Source: Chiloscyllium plagiosum
Lineage: Eukaryota
NCBI RefSeq assembly: GCF_004010195.1
Contig: NC_057720.1
Span: 32,825,383-32,877,131 of the forward strand
Length of the DNA: 51,749 bases
Direction of reading: 5' to 3'
Within the stretch, counting starts at the first letter, position 1; every line of letters starts with the position of its first letter. This document shows, piece by piece, positions 1 through 12,910 of this stretch. A program made the translations under genes and the position numbers. The notes beneath the pieces were generated by a model that was given only the letters and a program-made list of their open reading frames with translations, made no database searches and was not told the origin of the DNA.

Positions 1-159
1 CAAACCTGGTCAAATTGTTTCTTTCTACCCACCCTATAAATTTATTTTTAACAACTCCTAAAACCTCTATCAAGTCACTCCCTTAAACATCTGCATTCTA
101 CTGAATGCAAGCCAAGTGAATGTGTTTTCTCCATGTAGTTTAAACAATCAAATCCTACC

Positions 160-545
160 TCTGGGCTGAACATCAAAAAAATCAAGGTCAGCACTCCAGC
201 AGAGAACCTCAGGACTAATACTGTTGTAGATGATGTATTTCAAATGAGACATTAAAATCCCTACTCGCCAGCTACACTCGACTTCAAAATGGTACCGTGA
301 GATTTTTATAAGGAGAGCAGGGAAGTTGTCCCTGGTGTTCTAGCCAATATCTATTGTTCAATTGACATCACAAAAAATAGATTATCTTGTTATTATCACA
401 TTGCTGTTTATGGGAGTTTTCTATGTGCAAATTGACTATCACATTTTTCATATTTCAAGAATGACTGCAATTCAAAACTATTTAATTTGCTGTTGTGCAC
501 TTTGAGACTCCAGTGGTTGTGAAAAGCTTGACATAAATGCTATAG
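160..545 (+). mobile_element. Ancient DeuSINE (SacSINE1/AmnSINE1-like), degenerate
   Basis: Resembles recalled Deu-domain and 3' motifs: 'tttcaaatgagacattaaa', 'gagagcagggaagttgtccctggtgttctagccaatat', 'agattatcttgttattatcacattgctgtttatgggag', 'gcactttgagac...gtgaaaagc...ataaatgc'. Confidence 0.7.
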
Positions 546-682
546 TTTCCAAGGGGATCATATAACATTCGAGTGAATCTGGCCACAAGGTCAGTCGTTC
601 TATGATTTTGAAATGTACGCAATACTCAAACCTCATCAGGTCTTTGTGAAGCTGTAGCAAAGTATCTCCCCTTAACAGAACA

Positions 683-1470
683 TTGGAGAAGCTCAGCAAG
701 TCTGGCAGCATTTATAGAGGAAGAGAAAAACAAAGCTAACTTTTCAGTGTGGTATGACCCTTCTTCAAAACTGAAGTATTGGAAAATACTTTTTTCTGAC
801 TATACTTTTTGACAGAGGCAGAGGAGGAGCAAGTGGGTAGATGGTATAGAAGCCCAGCAGGAAAAAAAAGTTTGTTAATAATGGGGAAAGAGAACAGTAC
901 ATTAAAAGGGTGTAACTTCAGGTGTTATTTAGAGAAAATTAGTCCTTGCTACGAAGTGCAAAGTAAACTTGATGCATAACACACCAGTGGGGGAAATGGG
1001 TTGGGGTGAAGAGAATGTAAGAAATTTAGGGGGCATTCATAAATAAAGTGATCAGTTCCCGAAGTTGAATTCAGTATTCGTCTTTTGAGGCTGAAAAATG
1101 TCTAAATGGAAAACAAGGTGTTATTCCTTGAGCTTGTTATGCTTCATTGAGTGAAAACAAATTACTGTGGATGCTGGAATTTGAAACCAAAAGAGAAAAT
1201 GCTGGAAAATCTCAGCAGGTCTGGCAGCATCTGTAAGGAGAGAAAAGAGCTGACGTTTTGAGTCTAACTGACCCTTTGACAAAGGGTCAGTTGGTCTCGA
1301 AACGTCAGCTCTTTTCTCTCCTTACAGATGCTGCCAGATCTGCTGAGATTTTCCATGCTTCATTGAGTCATTGCAGCAGTCCAGGACAGAAATGTTTGAA
1401 TGAGAGCAAAGTGATTTATTGAAATGGCAAGAAGCTGGGAGACTGGGGTCATTTCTACCGACAGAAACTT
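683..1470 (-). mobile_element. Old Penelope-like element 3' remnant (terminal repeat plus C-terminal ORF traces), interrupted at 1153-1354
   Basis: 683-775 is a degenerate copy of the 'ctcagcaggtctggcagcat...acccttcttca' terminal motif. 1055-1150 and 1369-1460 resemble the PLE ORF end on the minus strand and join across the insertion. Confidence 0.5.
1153..1354. mobile_element. Palindromic PLE-derived (MER6-like) element with 14-bp TSD
   Basis: Inverted arms 1203-1278 and 1280-1354 centred on 1279. ATGCTTCATTGAGT occurs at both 1139-1152 and 1355-1368. Confidence 0.85.
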
Positions 1471-3334
1471 CCCCTTAATGTTCTTGTCTTTGATTGTAAA
1501 GGTTAATATTCCATTAGGTTTTTTTTTGTACCTGACTGCCATATTTTGGTGATCAGTGTGCACTCATTCCCAAGTATGTTCAAACTGGTAGTGTACTCAA
1601 ATTTAATTCCTGGTTCAAAATAGATACCATCCGTTACAGCAAGCTAGTTCCCTACTGTGAATGCTAATTATTTATACATTTTTGAACACTTTGTTTGGAA
1701 AAATGAACAAAGGAACTTCTGAATTATTTGCATTGTAAGTTTTTTTTTGAAGGACATGATGTTTGCTCTTTAAAACTGCAATGAGGAATAAATTTATGTC
1801 TTGTATCATATGATAATTATGCAGTTGTGTTGCTACTTTTTGTGAATTTGCACAGATATTTGTATTGTATTGCTGTCAATTATTTTTATTGCTGTATTAC
1901 AGAAGATACTGTTGATACAATAAGATTACATAATGTCGGAATCATTGGGTGAGAGCAGAAAGATTGCTTTTCGCACGAAAGGTGATTTTGATATTTTGAG
2001 CTAAATTCATAGTAAGGCAAATGCTTTCTTCTTTGTATTTTTTCTTCTTTGTTGATTTTTTTTGTTCACGTCAAAAAGTCATAAAAGCATCCTATTTCAC
2101 CGATAAAGCTTACTATATATTTTCATGTACTGCATTTGAGCTGTGTGACACATTGTGTTATTTGACTGTGTGTGGCATTGCAACTGAGTTCTTCATCCTT
2201 AGCTTCAGCTACTATTAACATGTTTTTCCAGCTGGCTTCACTAGCTAATGAAGAAGGCCAAAACCCTTCGCCATTTTATATGCAAACTCCAACAACCCCC
2301 TCCCCACCTTCTGGCTGGGGAACTCTGAGGCCAATATGGTTTCACCAGATGGGACCTTCCTGGCCTTTAGGGTTCAATCCACATGGTTCGTTCATGCACC
2401 AAGCCACAGGGAAAGATTCTGTTCTGGCATATTGGCTTTTAGTTAGCATTGTCACAATCAGTCATGTGGCACAGCACAGAGAACAAGCTTCAGTTATGTT
2501 TGTGCCCACATGTTTGAACAGTGCCTTAGTGTAAGTAACTGAAACATAAGTTGCAATAGCCACATAAGAAGATTTAAAATAAATAAGTTTCTTTCAATCG
2601 TGTGAGATCACAAGTGTGAAAAAACTGAATCTAACCTACTGCATCACCCTTGTTCTCTCAGTATTATTTCAGAGATGCAAATCCATATCTTGAGGATTGC
2701 ACAGCCATTCTTTCTCTGAAAGCTGTCATTAGTGTGTGCTGTACTGTATAATAATGCTTGGAGGCAATGAGACAAAATGAATATATTTATGGGCTCAAAA
2801 TGCTGCTTGTTTAACCTTAATTAGCAGTACATACTACTCTACATGCGGTTCGCAAACTGATTAGTGGTTGAGTTTTTGATTAAGCCATTTTTTTTCATTC
2901 TTCCCCCAATTGCATCAACCAGTTTCACTCATATTTATGCAGATTATGTAGTATGTCAGTCAGCAATTCGGGTTTTAACACTGTGACAATTTTCTAAAGA
3001 CCAAATTGTTTGCATTAGATATCCTGGACCTTGCGTTCTCTTAAGTTACTAAATAGTATAACTTTTCATTTTAATGCTTACATTAGCCAATATTTTAGCA
3101 AAGCAGGAATTTCTTTTCTCACTTTTTTTTAATGTTGTGGATACATGGTTCAGATACGGATTTCCAATATAGTGTTCGCCTCTGCTGTGTTTAATTGTGC
3201 AATGCTTTGCTTATTGAATTTATGTACCAAGAATACTTCATCACATTAAGTGAAGCCTATTTGTGAGTTGCACCTCATTGCAGAACCAGCTGTTGAAAAT
3301 CTTGGGATAGAAAAGCATCATGGGTAAAACCAAA

Positions 3335-3665
3335 AGACACAGGAGCAGAAGTAGGTAATTTGGCCCGTCAAATCCATTTCGTCATTCAGTGAGATCTGGG
3401 CTGGTTTGATAACCTATAACTCCACTTTTCTGCATTATCTTCAAAAACCTTTGATCCCTTTACTGATAAAAAATCTACGTCAGCCTTGAATATATTTAAC
3501 AACTAAGTCTTGACAGTTCCACATTTTCACTACCCAGTGAGAGAAGAAATTCTTTCTTATCTTTATTATTAAATAGTGACTTCTCTGAAATTATAACTCA
3601 TTGGTCCTCTACTCTTCCACAAAGGCCACTCCACATTTGCCCTGTTCAGCCCCCTAAGAAATGCT
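3335..3665 (-). mobile_element. CR1-type LINE 3' end remnant
   Basis: Reverse-complement CR1 3' tail ('aggagcagaagtagg...tcattcagtgagatc...gagaagaaattctttcttatc'). Confidence 0.65.
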
Positions 3666-3687
3666 ATATATTTCAGTCTTACAAGGG

Positions 3688-4312
3688 AATAAGGCGTTTG
3701 GTATGTTTTCCTTTATTGGTCAGAGTATTGAGTACAGGAGTTGGGAGGTCATGTTGCAGCTGTACAGGACATTGGTTAGGCCACCTTTGGAATATTGCAT
3801 GCAATTCTCGTCTCCTTCCTATCAGAAGTATGTTGTGAAACTTGAAAGGGTTCAGAAAAAATTTACAAGAATATTGCCAGGGTTGGAGGATTTGAACTAG
3901 AGAGAGAGGCTGAGTAAGCTGGGGCTGTTTTCCGGAGCGTCAGAGGCTGAGGGTGATCTTATAGAGGTTTATAAATCGTGAGGGACATGGATAGGATAAA
4001 TGGACAAGGTCTTTTCCCTGCAGTGGGGGAGTCCAGAAATGGAGGGCATGTGTTTAAAGTGAGAAGGAACCTAAGGGGCAAACTTTTCATAAATAGGGTG
4101 GTGTGTGTATGGAATGAGCTGCCAGAGGAAGTGGTGGAGGCTAATACAGTTACAACATTTAAAAGGCATCCGGATGGGTATATGAATAGGAAGGGTTTGG
4201 AGGAATTTTGGCCAAGTACTGGCAAATAGAACTAGATTAGGTTAGGATATCTGGTTCGTATGGACGAGTTGGACTGAAGGGTCTCTTTCCGTGCTGTGCA
4301 TCTCTCTGACTC
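3688..4312 (+). mobile_element. CR1/HER1 LINE, 5'-truncated (ORF2 C-terminus plus 3' UTR), inactivated
   Basis: LYRTLVRPPLEYCMQFSSP...LERVQKKFTRILPGL and RVVCVWNELPEEVVEA; tail 'gaagggtctctttccgtgctg'. Confidence 0.93.
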
Positions 4313-5254
4313 TTTGTGCTAAAACTGAAATTATTGATTTTGTCATCAGTTATAAGCCCTGCTGAAAGCTCAGACTGGAGTCATTAGAGCTGAAGTTGGC
4401 TGTGGAGTTTTGTGCAATCCCTTGATACTTTTATTTGAAAGACTTAAGGAAACAAATTTATTTAAATTGTAAAATTGAATCATTCAGCAATTCCAGTATG
4501 TACAACCTTCCATTCCTTCCCCTTCCTACTCGCACCAGTTTGAACCCATTAGAATCTACTAAACTCTATCAGAAGTTATTTATTTGACATTTTCAGTGAT
4601 GTGTGCAAGTATTGTATTTTTATTTGCACAGTACTGATATCAAAGGTTTAATTAAGTTATTCTGACATTTTATGATTTCAGATTTCACTCATTCACTTGA
4701 AATGCAGTGGAGAATATCATCATAAGGGAGTTTTGTTTTATGCAGTCTCATTGTGGCCACATTTTAGACAAAGAATTGGTAGCTGATGAGTGTCTTTTAA
4801 AAGTGTTCAGTAAAGACATTAGGGAGATATTTGTGGAGAGATTGTATGTGAATGGAAATGCAATCAACAGCAATTCTTAGATAAATTGAATCTATTACAC
4901 AGCCATCATAAATTTTAAATAAAAGATGACATTCTTCAATCTATTCCGCACTCTTCTTTGTTAAAATTTGCTATTTCGTTTTGTGCTCTGTTGCTTTCTG
5001 TATTTTCCACATGTTCAGTAATATTCTTGCTTTTCTTTGCTTTCTTGCTTTTTCTTTTTCTTGCAGGCTATCTCTCTCTTTGATGTGTTCTGTAACTCTC
5101 TTCATGGACATTCCGTGTCACCATGGTGTGTTTAGTCTTGTTTCTTTTTTTTCCTCTCTCTTTTTCTCTGTTTTCCATTCTACATGAGCACACACATTTA
5201 CACCATGTCTCTAACAGTATTGACCATTTTATTTAGTCCTCCTCAAGTATCAAG

Positions 5255-5345
5255 AAAACTGCTTCTTGGGACTGGAGAGTAGTTAATGTCATACAATTGT
5301 TTAAGAAGGGAGAGAAGGATGAACCAGATACTGCAGATCAGTTAG
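5255..5345 (+). mobile_element. CR1 RT N-terminal remnant
   Basis: 'gactggagagtagttaatgtcatacaattgtttaagaaggga' reads DWRVVNVIQLFKKG. Confidence 0.6.
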
Positions 5346-6414
5346 TTGCTCACAAAATATATTAGATTGTAGAGTACATTAATCCAGATCAAATTCATTC
5401 AAATTTGGAAATACTTAAAGCAACCAGGGACACTGCGTCTTGCCGCTGAATGATGAGTGTCTTATTAAACCTAATTTTCTGCATCTCTCGTGTGCTACCT
5501 GAATAACTAAGTGTATTTGGTGACTTCCTCAATCATGTCACATTTGAGCATTACCTCTTATCAGTTTCCTGAGATGGACAAACTGCAGGATTCATCTCTT
5601 GCACTGTTTAACATGTTGTTAAATTGATTCCAAGCCGGGTGATGAAGTATGAAACTAGACATTTAATTTTCTTAGTATGTTTATTAAGAAATGCATTACA
5701 TATTACATGGCTGCTTTCTACCTACTTAACCTTTGTGTCTTTAATTGTTGTCGTACTCAATTAGCCAGTGCACTTCACCAATATATCTTTGTATAATTAA
5801 ACTACTAGCACATACAGCCTGCCTAAGCCTCCATTTTGCAGTGTGTGCATACGTGGGAGGTGTGAGGGAATTCAGCATGGTATGTATGTCCCTGTTCTAA
5901 AGCGACGAGATCCTGTAACAATTTCCTGTTGTGCTATGACTATGTACTTTTGCATGATGTGACTGATGACAGTTTGACACCTTCCTTTGCAAGGCGATAT
6001 TTGCCAAGCTAGAAGAGACTATCCTTCCCATGTTGGTGTCAAAGGCCTCTGTATTCTCGGTCTGAATATTCATGGTAGATGCAATGAAATCTTTAGGGCT
6101 GTTGCTGTGGAACCAGCATGAAGCTTCCCTATATTGCATGCTGGACTGTAGAGCTGCAAAGCCATCTGTCACTCTGCTCAAAATGTCAATAGTGCACTCC
6201 TTCAATTGACTTGTGCGCCGTTAGATACTATCCCCAGTGCTTGCAAGCATCTTTCTTTTAAAAGATTGTTGGGATTTGGTTTCTGATCCTCCTCAGCCAT
6301 AGCACAATACCAGCTAGATCCTCCTCTCTGTCCTTCATGCCTGCAAACTGCATTATGTGCCTGTGTGCACACTTCCTTTGACCTGCTCCTTCATGGCCCT
6401 TAACTGGTGATAGG

Positions 6415-6603
6415 AGAAAGTGAGGACTGCAGATGTTGGAGATCAGAGCTGAAAATGTGTTGCTGGAAAAGCGCAGCAGGTCAGGCAGCATCCAAGGAGC
6501 AGGATAATCGACGTTTCGGGCATGAGCCCTTATTCAACCCTTTCCTCGTTCCTGAAGAAGGGCTCGTGCCTGAAACGTCGATTCTCCTGCTCCTTGGATG
6601 CTG
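6415..6603. mobile_element. Palindromic PLE-derived element with hammerhead motif and 17-bp TSD
   Basis: Inverted arms at about 6483-6530 and 6559-6606. Flanks CCTTAACTGGTGATAGG (6398-6414) and CCTTAACTGGTCATAGG (6604-6620). Confidence 0.85.
6548..6584 (+). ncRNA. Minimal type I hammerhead ribozyme motif (PLE type), core intact
   Basis: CTGAAGA (6552-6558), A, GGGC-TCGT-GCCT, GAAA (6572-6575), CGTC. Helix III is the palindrome ACGU; predicted GUC cleavage after 6579; helix I is weak. Confidence 0.65.
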
Positions 6604-8567
6604 CCTTAACTGGTCATAGGCAAGTAGAATATAAATAATGACATGAAATATAATGTTAGGTCAGGATCAAAATCAGGGGTTCCTGATTCATCATTATCTG
6701 CCTCCTTTTTGTTGTCTCATATATCGTAGAAAAATAGTCTACTTCTCTTCGTTTTGTATAGCATACCATCATGAAACTGTAATTGGCACCTGCCCTCTGA
6801 TTTTCTGTACCTGATTTGTTTTCTGCTGATTGACTCATTAGGCCTGCATATGGTTAAGTGGCAGTGAATGTTGTCATAACTCTTAATTTGCTGGTAGGTC
6901 ACAATGATGATGATGTTAGTGTTTCAACCAAACAGTTATGTGACATGATCGAGAACAGACTATAGGAGACTAGGGATGAGGGGAGACTTGTGAAGACGTA
7001 AAGGACTGTACAGTATCACCTGTACTTTAAAATATAGAACTGAAAATAAAAATAACTCATTAGAAAACATGCAATTTTTTTTTTACAAATGCAAGAAGTA
7101 AGAGTTGTTATGACTATCGAGAAAGATAAAACAACTGGGGCAAAAACACCAGCATAGATATGTTGGGCTGACTAGCCTGCTTCTGGATTATATATTCTGT
7201 GTTATCATTTGCAAGACTTTGCCATTGTGTTTTGGTCTTTGCTCATTTCCTGTTCATAACCCTGAATCTTGCTTCTCTTCTTTCCTTCTGTTTGGTTGTA
7301 CCTGCCCATGCTGCCTCCTCCTCCTGTATGCCTCCCAATGTCTTTGTACAGCATTCACATACAGCTGCCATCAATAGCCCACTTTAATAAAATGGAAGGT
7401 ATTGAAATTATGTTTATACAATATAGCAAGACTTTAGCCAGCATGTACCAGATTGGGCATGAATTGAGTGCATACAAGTAATTAAGGCAAGTAGTGGAGG
7501 TTTGAGGCTTAGGAGCAAGTCTGACATAGAGTGGTTTGAGACAGCAGGAAGTCCGGAGGCAAGCATGCTCCAGCTGCAGAATAAAGTGGACAGCTCAAGG
7601 CCAGGCACTGCAGAGATGGGTATGTGGCAGCAGTTGAAATTCAAGGAAAAGTGAAGTAATGATAAGAGAAATGTTGTGATTCACAGCATATCAAAAGAAG
7701 AGAACATTACACACTGAGTGGATTAGAATTTGGTATGCTGAAGCAGAAAAGGTTGAAGAGAAGAAACATCTTCCTAAAAGAAGGGCTATTTTCAGGGCTT
7801 TCTGTCATATTTGCTGAGTGTTATTTTTTAATGAATGGCATTGTTTTTTTAAAATCGAGAAACTACCAGCATGGTTCAATAACCATCCCCTTCCAATTTT
7901 CCAAGTAGATAGGATTCGAGCAAGGAATTGAGGGAAATGAGAAAAGACTGCAGGCATCTCAAGGTATGTATTTGGTCTTCATACTTATATAACACTGCAA
8001 ATTTAATTGATACAAATGTTGTAATATTAAAGTAAGTCTAGATTTAAGACTGAAGCTTTTCTCTTGCTGCCTGCTTTTTTTGGCAATATTTTTAAATCAA
8101 GCTGTCAGCAGTGGAAATTAAATACTAAATTGAGCAAACTTATACCATTTTCTGTGTCTGCATTGGCATGGATCTTCTGTGCAGCAGCAGCTCAGTGATT
8201 GGATCAGATTGCACATGTCTGCACTATTACAACTTTGGTTGTACTTAAATTTTTCGCCTCAATGGCAACAGGGCCAAATTACATTGAATCTTAGTCAGGG
8301 TACAATCTGCTTGTTGCTTGCATTAGGAATTTTGGATCAGGATTGAGTTTAGGTCAAATTAAATAGTTCTCAGGTTAATAAGTGGATATTTCTGCTAATA
8401 CCTCATACTATTGGAAATGTTAATGCTGCCAAAGTAAGATTTCCTCCCTTTATGCTTTTGGTTCTCATAATTTAAACGGCATTCATATTTTTAAAAATGA
8501 CTGTTGTCATTATTTTGGAAAGAATGGTATCCTGCAATCCTACAATGAGTGAGCTACTTTTATCAGA

Positions 8568-8876
8568 GAAATAGATAGAGTAGACAGTCAGAAACTTTTT
8601 CCCCGGGTACAACAGAGTGTTACAAGGGGACATAAATTTAAGGTGAAGGGTGGAAGGTATAGGGGAGATGTTAGGGGTGGGTTCTTTACCCAGAGAGTGG
8701 TGGGGGCATGGAATGTGCTGCCAGTGGGAGTGGCAGAGTCAGAATCATTGGTGACCTTTAAGCGGCAATTGGATAGGTACATGGATGGGTGCTTAAGCTA
8801 GGACAAATGTTCGGCACAACATCGTGGGCCGAAGGGCCTGTTCTGTGCTGTATTGTTGTATGTTCTATGTTCTATA
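8568..8876 (+). mobile_element. CR1 LINE 3' fragment
   Basis: Encodes TRGHKFKVKGGRYRGDVRGGFFTQRVVGAWNVLP; tail 'gggccgaagggcctgttctgtgctg...atgttctatgttcta'. Confidence 0.9.
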
Positions 8877-9194
8877 TTCTGTCGGATGTACAATGTTATT
8901 TAAACTTAAAATACAATTTTTTTTGCTTGTACACACTTGCTCGTCTACTTTCTTGCTTTTTCTTTAGTCTATGAGCGCAGAAATGAAGACACAACTTCTA
9001 CATCAAAGAACCTGACCAAGATTAAAGATCAGAAGACTTTGCTTAAAAAAAAAACCTCAGAATTAGAGAAAAATAGGACATTCTATCTACAAAGCCATTC
9101 AAAGTTGAGCTTTTAAATCCACTAGGATTCTAAGGGAGTTCAATATATGAGAATGAGATTGAATGTTGAAATGATAGGCATAACCTGCGATAAA

Positions 9195-10760
9195 ACATAG
9201 AGCAATACAGCACAGTACAGGCCCTTTGGCCCTCAATGTTGCGCTGACCTATGGAACTAATTTGCAGCCCATCTAACCTACGCTATTCCATTTTCATCCA
9301 CACGTTTATCCAATGATCATTTCAATGCCCTTAAAGTTGGCGAGTCTACTACTGTTGCAGGCAGGATGTTCCATGCCCCTACTATTCTGAATAAAGAAAC
9401 TACCTCTGCCATCTGTCCTATATTGATCACCCCTCAATTTAAAGCTGTGTTCCCTCGTGCTAGCCATCAGCATCTGAGGAAAAAGGCTGTCCACCCTATC
9501 TAACCCTCTGATTATCTTATATGTCTCAATTAAGTCACCTGTCAACTTTCTCTATAATGGAAACAGCCTCCAGTCCCTCAGCCATTCCTCATAAGACCTT
9601 CCCTCCATACCAGGCAACATCCTGGTAAATCCCCTCTGCACCCTTTCCAATGCTTCCACATCCTTCCTATAATGCGGTGACCAAAACTTTACACAATACT
9701 CCAAGTGCGGTTGCACCAAAGTTTTGTACAGCTGCAACCTGACCTCATGGCTCCGAAACACTACCAATAAAAGCTAACACACCATATGCTGCCTTAACAA
9801 CCCTATCAAACTGGGTGGCAACTTTCAGGGATTGTGTACATGGACACCGAGATCCCTCCGCTCATCTACAATACCAAGAATCTTACCAATAGCCCATTTT
9901 GCTTTCCTTCCATTGCTCCTTCCAAAGTGAATCACCTCACGTTTTTACGCATTAAACTCCATTTGCCATCTCTCAGCCCAGCTCTGCAGCTTATCTATGT
10001 CCTTCTGTAACCTGTAACATCCTTTGACACTATCCACAGCTCCACCGAACTTCGTGTCATCTGCAAATTTACTAACCCATCCTTCTACGCCCTCACCCAG
10101 GTCATTTATAAAAATGACAAACAGCAGCGGAACCAAAACGGATCCTTGCGGTACACCACTAGAAACTGAACTCTAGGATGGACATTTCCCATCAACCACC
10201 ATCCTCTGCTTTCTATCAGCTAGCCAATTTCTGATCCAACCATTGGATAACCCTCAATCTCATGCCTCCATATTTTGTACAATAGCCTACCATGGGGAAC
10301 CTTATCAAATGCCTTACTGAAATCCATACACACTACATCAACCACCTTACCCTTATCCACCTGTTTTCAAAGAACACAATAAGGTTTCTGAAGCACGACC
10401 TACCCTTCACAAAACCGTGTTGACTATCCCTAATCAACTTACTCCTTTCTAGATGATTATAAATCGTATCTCATCCAACACTTTATCCATAACTGAAGTA
10501 AGGCTCACTGGTCTATAATTTCCAGGGTTGTCTCTACTCCCCTTCTTGAACAAGGGGACAGCATTTGTTATCCTCCAGCCTTCTGGCACTATTCCTGTAG
10601 ACAATGACAACATAAATATCAAAGCCAAAGGCTCTGCAGTCTCCACCCTGGCTTTCCAGAGAATCCTAGGTTAAATCCTAGACGGCCCAGGCGACTTAGT
10701 TATTTTCATACTTTCCTGAATTGCTAACACCTCCTCGTGAACCTCATTCTTGTTTAGTCT
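9195..10760 (-). mobile_element. CR1/HER1 LINE, RT domain to 3' end, frameshifted
   Basis: Minus-strand frames PLFKKGSRDNPGNYRPVSLTS, LFVIFINDL...SKFADDTK and LYKTLVQPHLEYCVKFWSP. Confidence 0.95.
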
Positions 10761-11079
10761 AATGCACCGGAGAGAATTACTCCTGTTCAGAATACAGTAT
10801 TCTGGCAAGTATCATACCCAATGTTGAGACAAAAGAAGAATATGTAGTTTTGCTTGATGGTTTTGGGAATGAGGAAATATTTACTTACCTTTCGGAAATG
10901 CAATAGATTAGGGTATAGTTAATAGGATTGCGTAGAAGCAGACTCTATAAGTAAATTGAGTTTCATTTCCATGCTTCCTTTTATGTCTGCAGATCTTGCT
11001 TTCTCAGTATGGTGCAGAAGAAGAATTTTTCAATCCGACTTTTAGCTTTGGCGTGTAGTAAAAGGAACAAGACGTAACA

Positions 11080-12500
11080 AGAAACAGAAAGTAAGGATTA
11101 CTGGGTAATTTTCAAGTTGGCACATTTTGGGGCCTCAACTACTGTGAATCTATATCAGTGACTTAGATGAAGGGAATGGTCATTTTGTAGCCAAATTTGC
11201 AGACATTACAAATGATGGTAAGAAAGCAAGCTGTTGGGAAGGTATAGAGAATTTGCAAAAGGATGTAGATAAGTTATGTAGGTGGGGCACAAATGACTGA
11301 TCGAGAAGCTCCTTATTGAGTTCTGTACCCAAAGGCAGATCATGGCTTGTGTGTGTACTAGATGTCCATCATCGGGCAACAAAGAAGGTCTGGAATACAT
11401 CCAGCCGGATTAAAGATCAAACCCCATGTTATTGGAAGCAACCTGATCCACATTGGCTCTGAGGTAATTGCAGCCCTCCCCCAGAGTCTATGATGCTGTA
11501 GCTATGGTATGCTCTTACATGCATGTTGTAGGCTGGAGCTGGGGATAGTGATGATAGAGGCTTTAATTTCTTTCCACCTCATGGCTGACCAGGAATCTTT
11601 TCCACTCTCACCCTTTGCCATTGGCATGTGTTAGAAATATTTACTGAGTTGTTAATCAAACTGTCTGGCCACTTCAGGACTGCAACTGCCTTGGCCATTA
11701 TGTGCCAGAGTAGGGCTTGAACCAAGAGCTTCTGGCTCAGAGCCACAAGACCACCGAGATAGAGTATGATGTAGAAAATGTGAGGTTGGCAGGAAGAAAA
11801 GAAAAAAACAAATAGAGTTTAGGTGGAGAGAGACTTCACAGTTTCAGCAGTATAGTGGAATATCTGACCTTGCACAAAATGTTCGTATGCAAGTATTCAA
11901 ATAATGGAATTCCAGGTAGGCAAATGGAATGTCAGGGTGTATTGCAAGTACAATAACTTTACAGCATTTTGAGATCTCAGTTAGAGTACTGTTTACATTT
12001 TGGCTTACCTTATCTGAGGGGAGATATAGCTGCATTGGAAGCATTCAGAAAAGGTTCAGTGAGCTGATTCCTGGATGTCGTATAAGGAAAAGTTGAGCAG
12101 ACTAGGTCTTCACACAGTGTGGTATTTAAATGAATAAAAGATGACCATATTGTAACATAAATAATTTCAGGGAGTTTAGCAGATAAGATGGTGAGAGGAT
12201 GATTGCCCTCATGATGGAATCTATAACTCGGAAGCTCAGTTCCCAAATGAGTGATCTCCCATTTAAAATTGAAATAAAGAGAATATTGTTGGTCTCCGAT
12301 ATTTTCTTTCCAAGAGAGAAATGGAGATTGGGCCATTTAATTCATATTTAATGTTCAGTTAGACATATTTTTGATCTACGAGAAAGTGAACAGCTATTTG
12401 AAGAAAGGAAGTAAAGTGGAGTTAAAGGCCGCAATTGGATGAGTTTTTGAATGGTGAAGCAAGCTTGTGGGAACAAATATCCAAATACGTTTTTTTTTAA
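11080..12500 (+). mobile_element. Old fragmented CR1 LINE (about 11080-11300 and 11760-12500)
   Basis: 'tatatcagtgacttagatgaaggg...gccaaatttgcagac' (YISDLDEG..AKFAD) and 'gcattggaagcattcagaaaaggttc'; degenerate 3' tail near 12440-12490. Confidence 0.7.
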
Positions 12501-12739
12501 TGATCATAAGACCTTATAATCTGCTAGTGGTAAATAATTGTTGAGTTAATTCACAAGTCTTTGCTTCCAAATTTTCCATAAGCATGCCTATTCTACTACA
12601 TTATTCTTTTTTGGGATGTGGGCCTTGCTGACACTTGTTACCCATCTTTAATTGCCTTTGAGAAGGAGGTAGTGAGCTGCCTGCTGAACTACATTCCAAC
12701 TGGTTCAAAGAGGCTAACTTTGTGGTTAGGCGCTCCAAT

Positions 12740-12910
12740 TTCTTTAGTCCTACATTGCAGTTTGCCATTTCTGCACCTCTGAACCCAGCCTATAATGACC
12801 TCTGCTCCACTATTGATGGCAGAACCTTCTGCTGTCTTGAACTCTGAAACTATGCATTTCTGCTTTCAGGTTTTCAAAAGCCACCCAAGACCTATCTCTG
12901 CACCTTTGTT
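12740..12910 (+). mobile_element. Possible L2-type LINE 3' remnant
   Basis: 'gatggcagaaccttctgctgtc...ttttcaaaagccacccaagacctatctct' resembles the L2 C-terminus (GRAFS...FKxxLKTYLF). Confidence 0.35.

Noticed and set aside
1903..1954. 46-nt AG...GTGAGA exon candidate (EDTVDTIRLHNVGIIG)
   Set aside because: Unrecognised peptide and moderate splice sites that are expected by chance.
2172..2534. 120-aa plus-strand ORF
   Set aside because: Non-ATG start, no recognisable domain and no convincing splice-site pair; likely chance or an ancient repeat.
5040..5130. Strong polypyrimidine tract plus CAG acceptor at 5066
   Set aside because: Lies in low-complexity CT-rich DNA with no good donor or recognisable peptide.
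5450..5572. ATGATGA...CTGA pairs (possible snoRNA)
   Set aside because: Spacing of about 53 or 123 nt with no terminal stem or recognisable rRNA guide.
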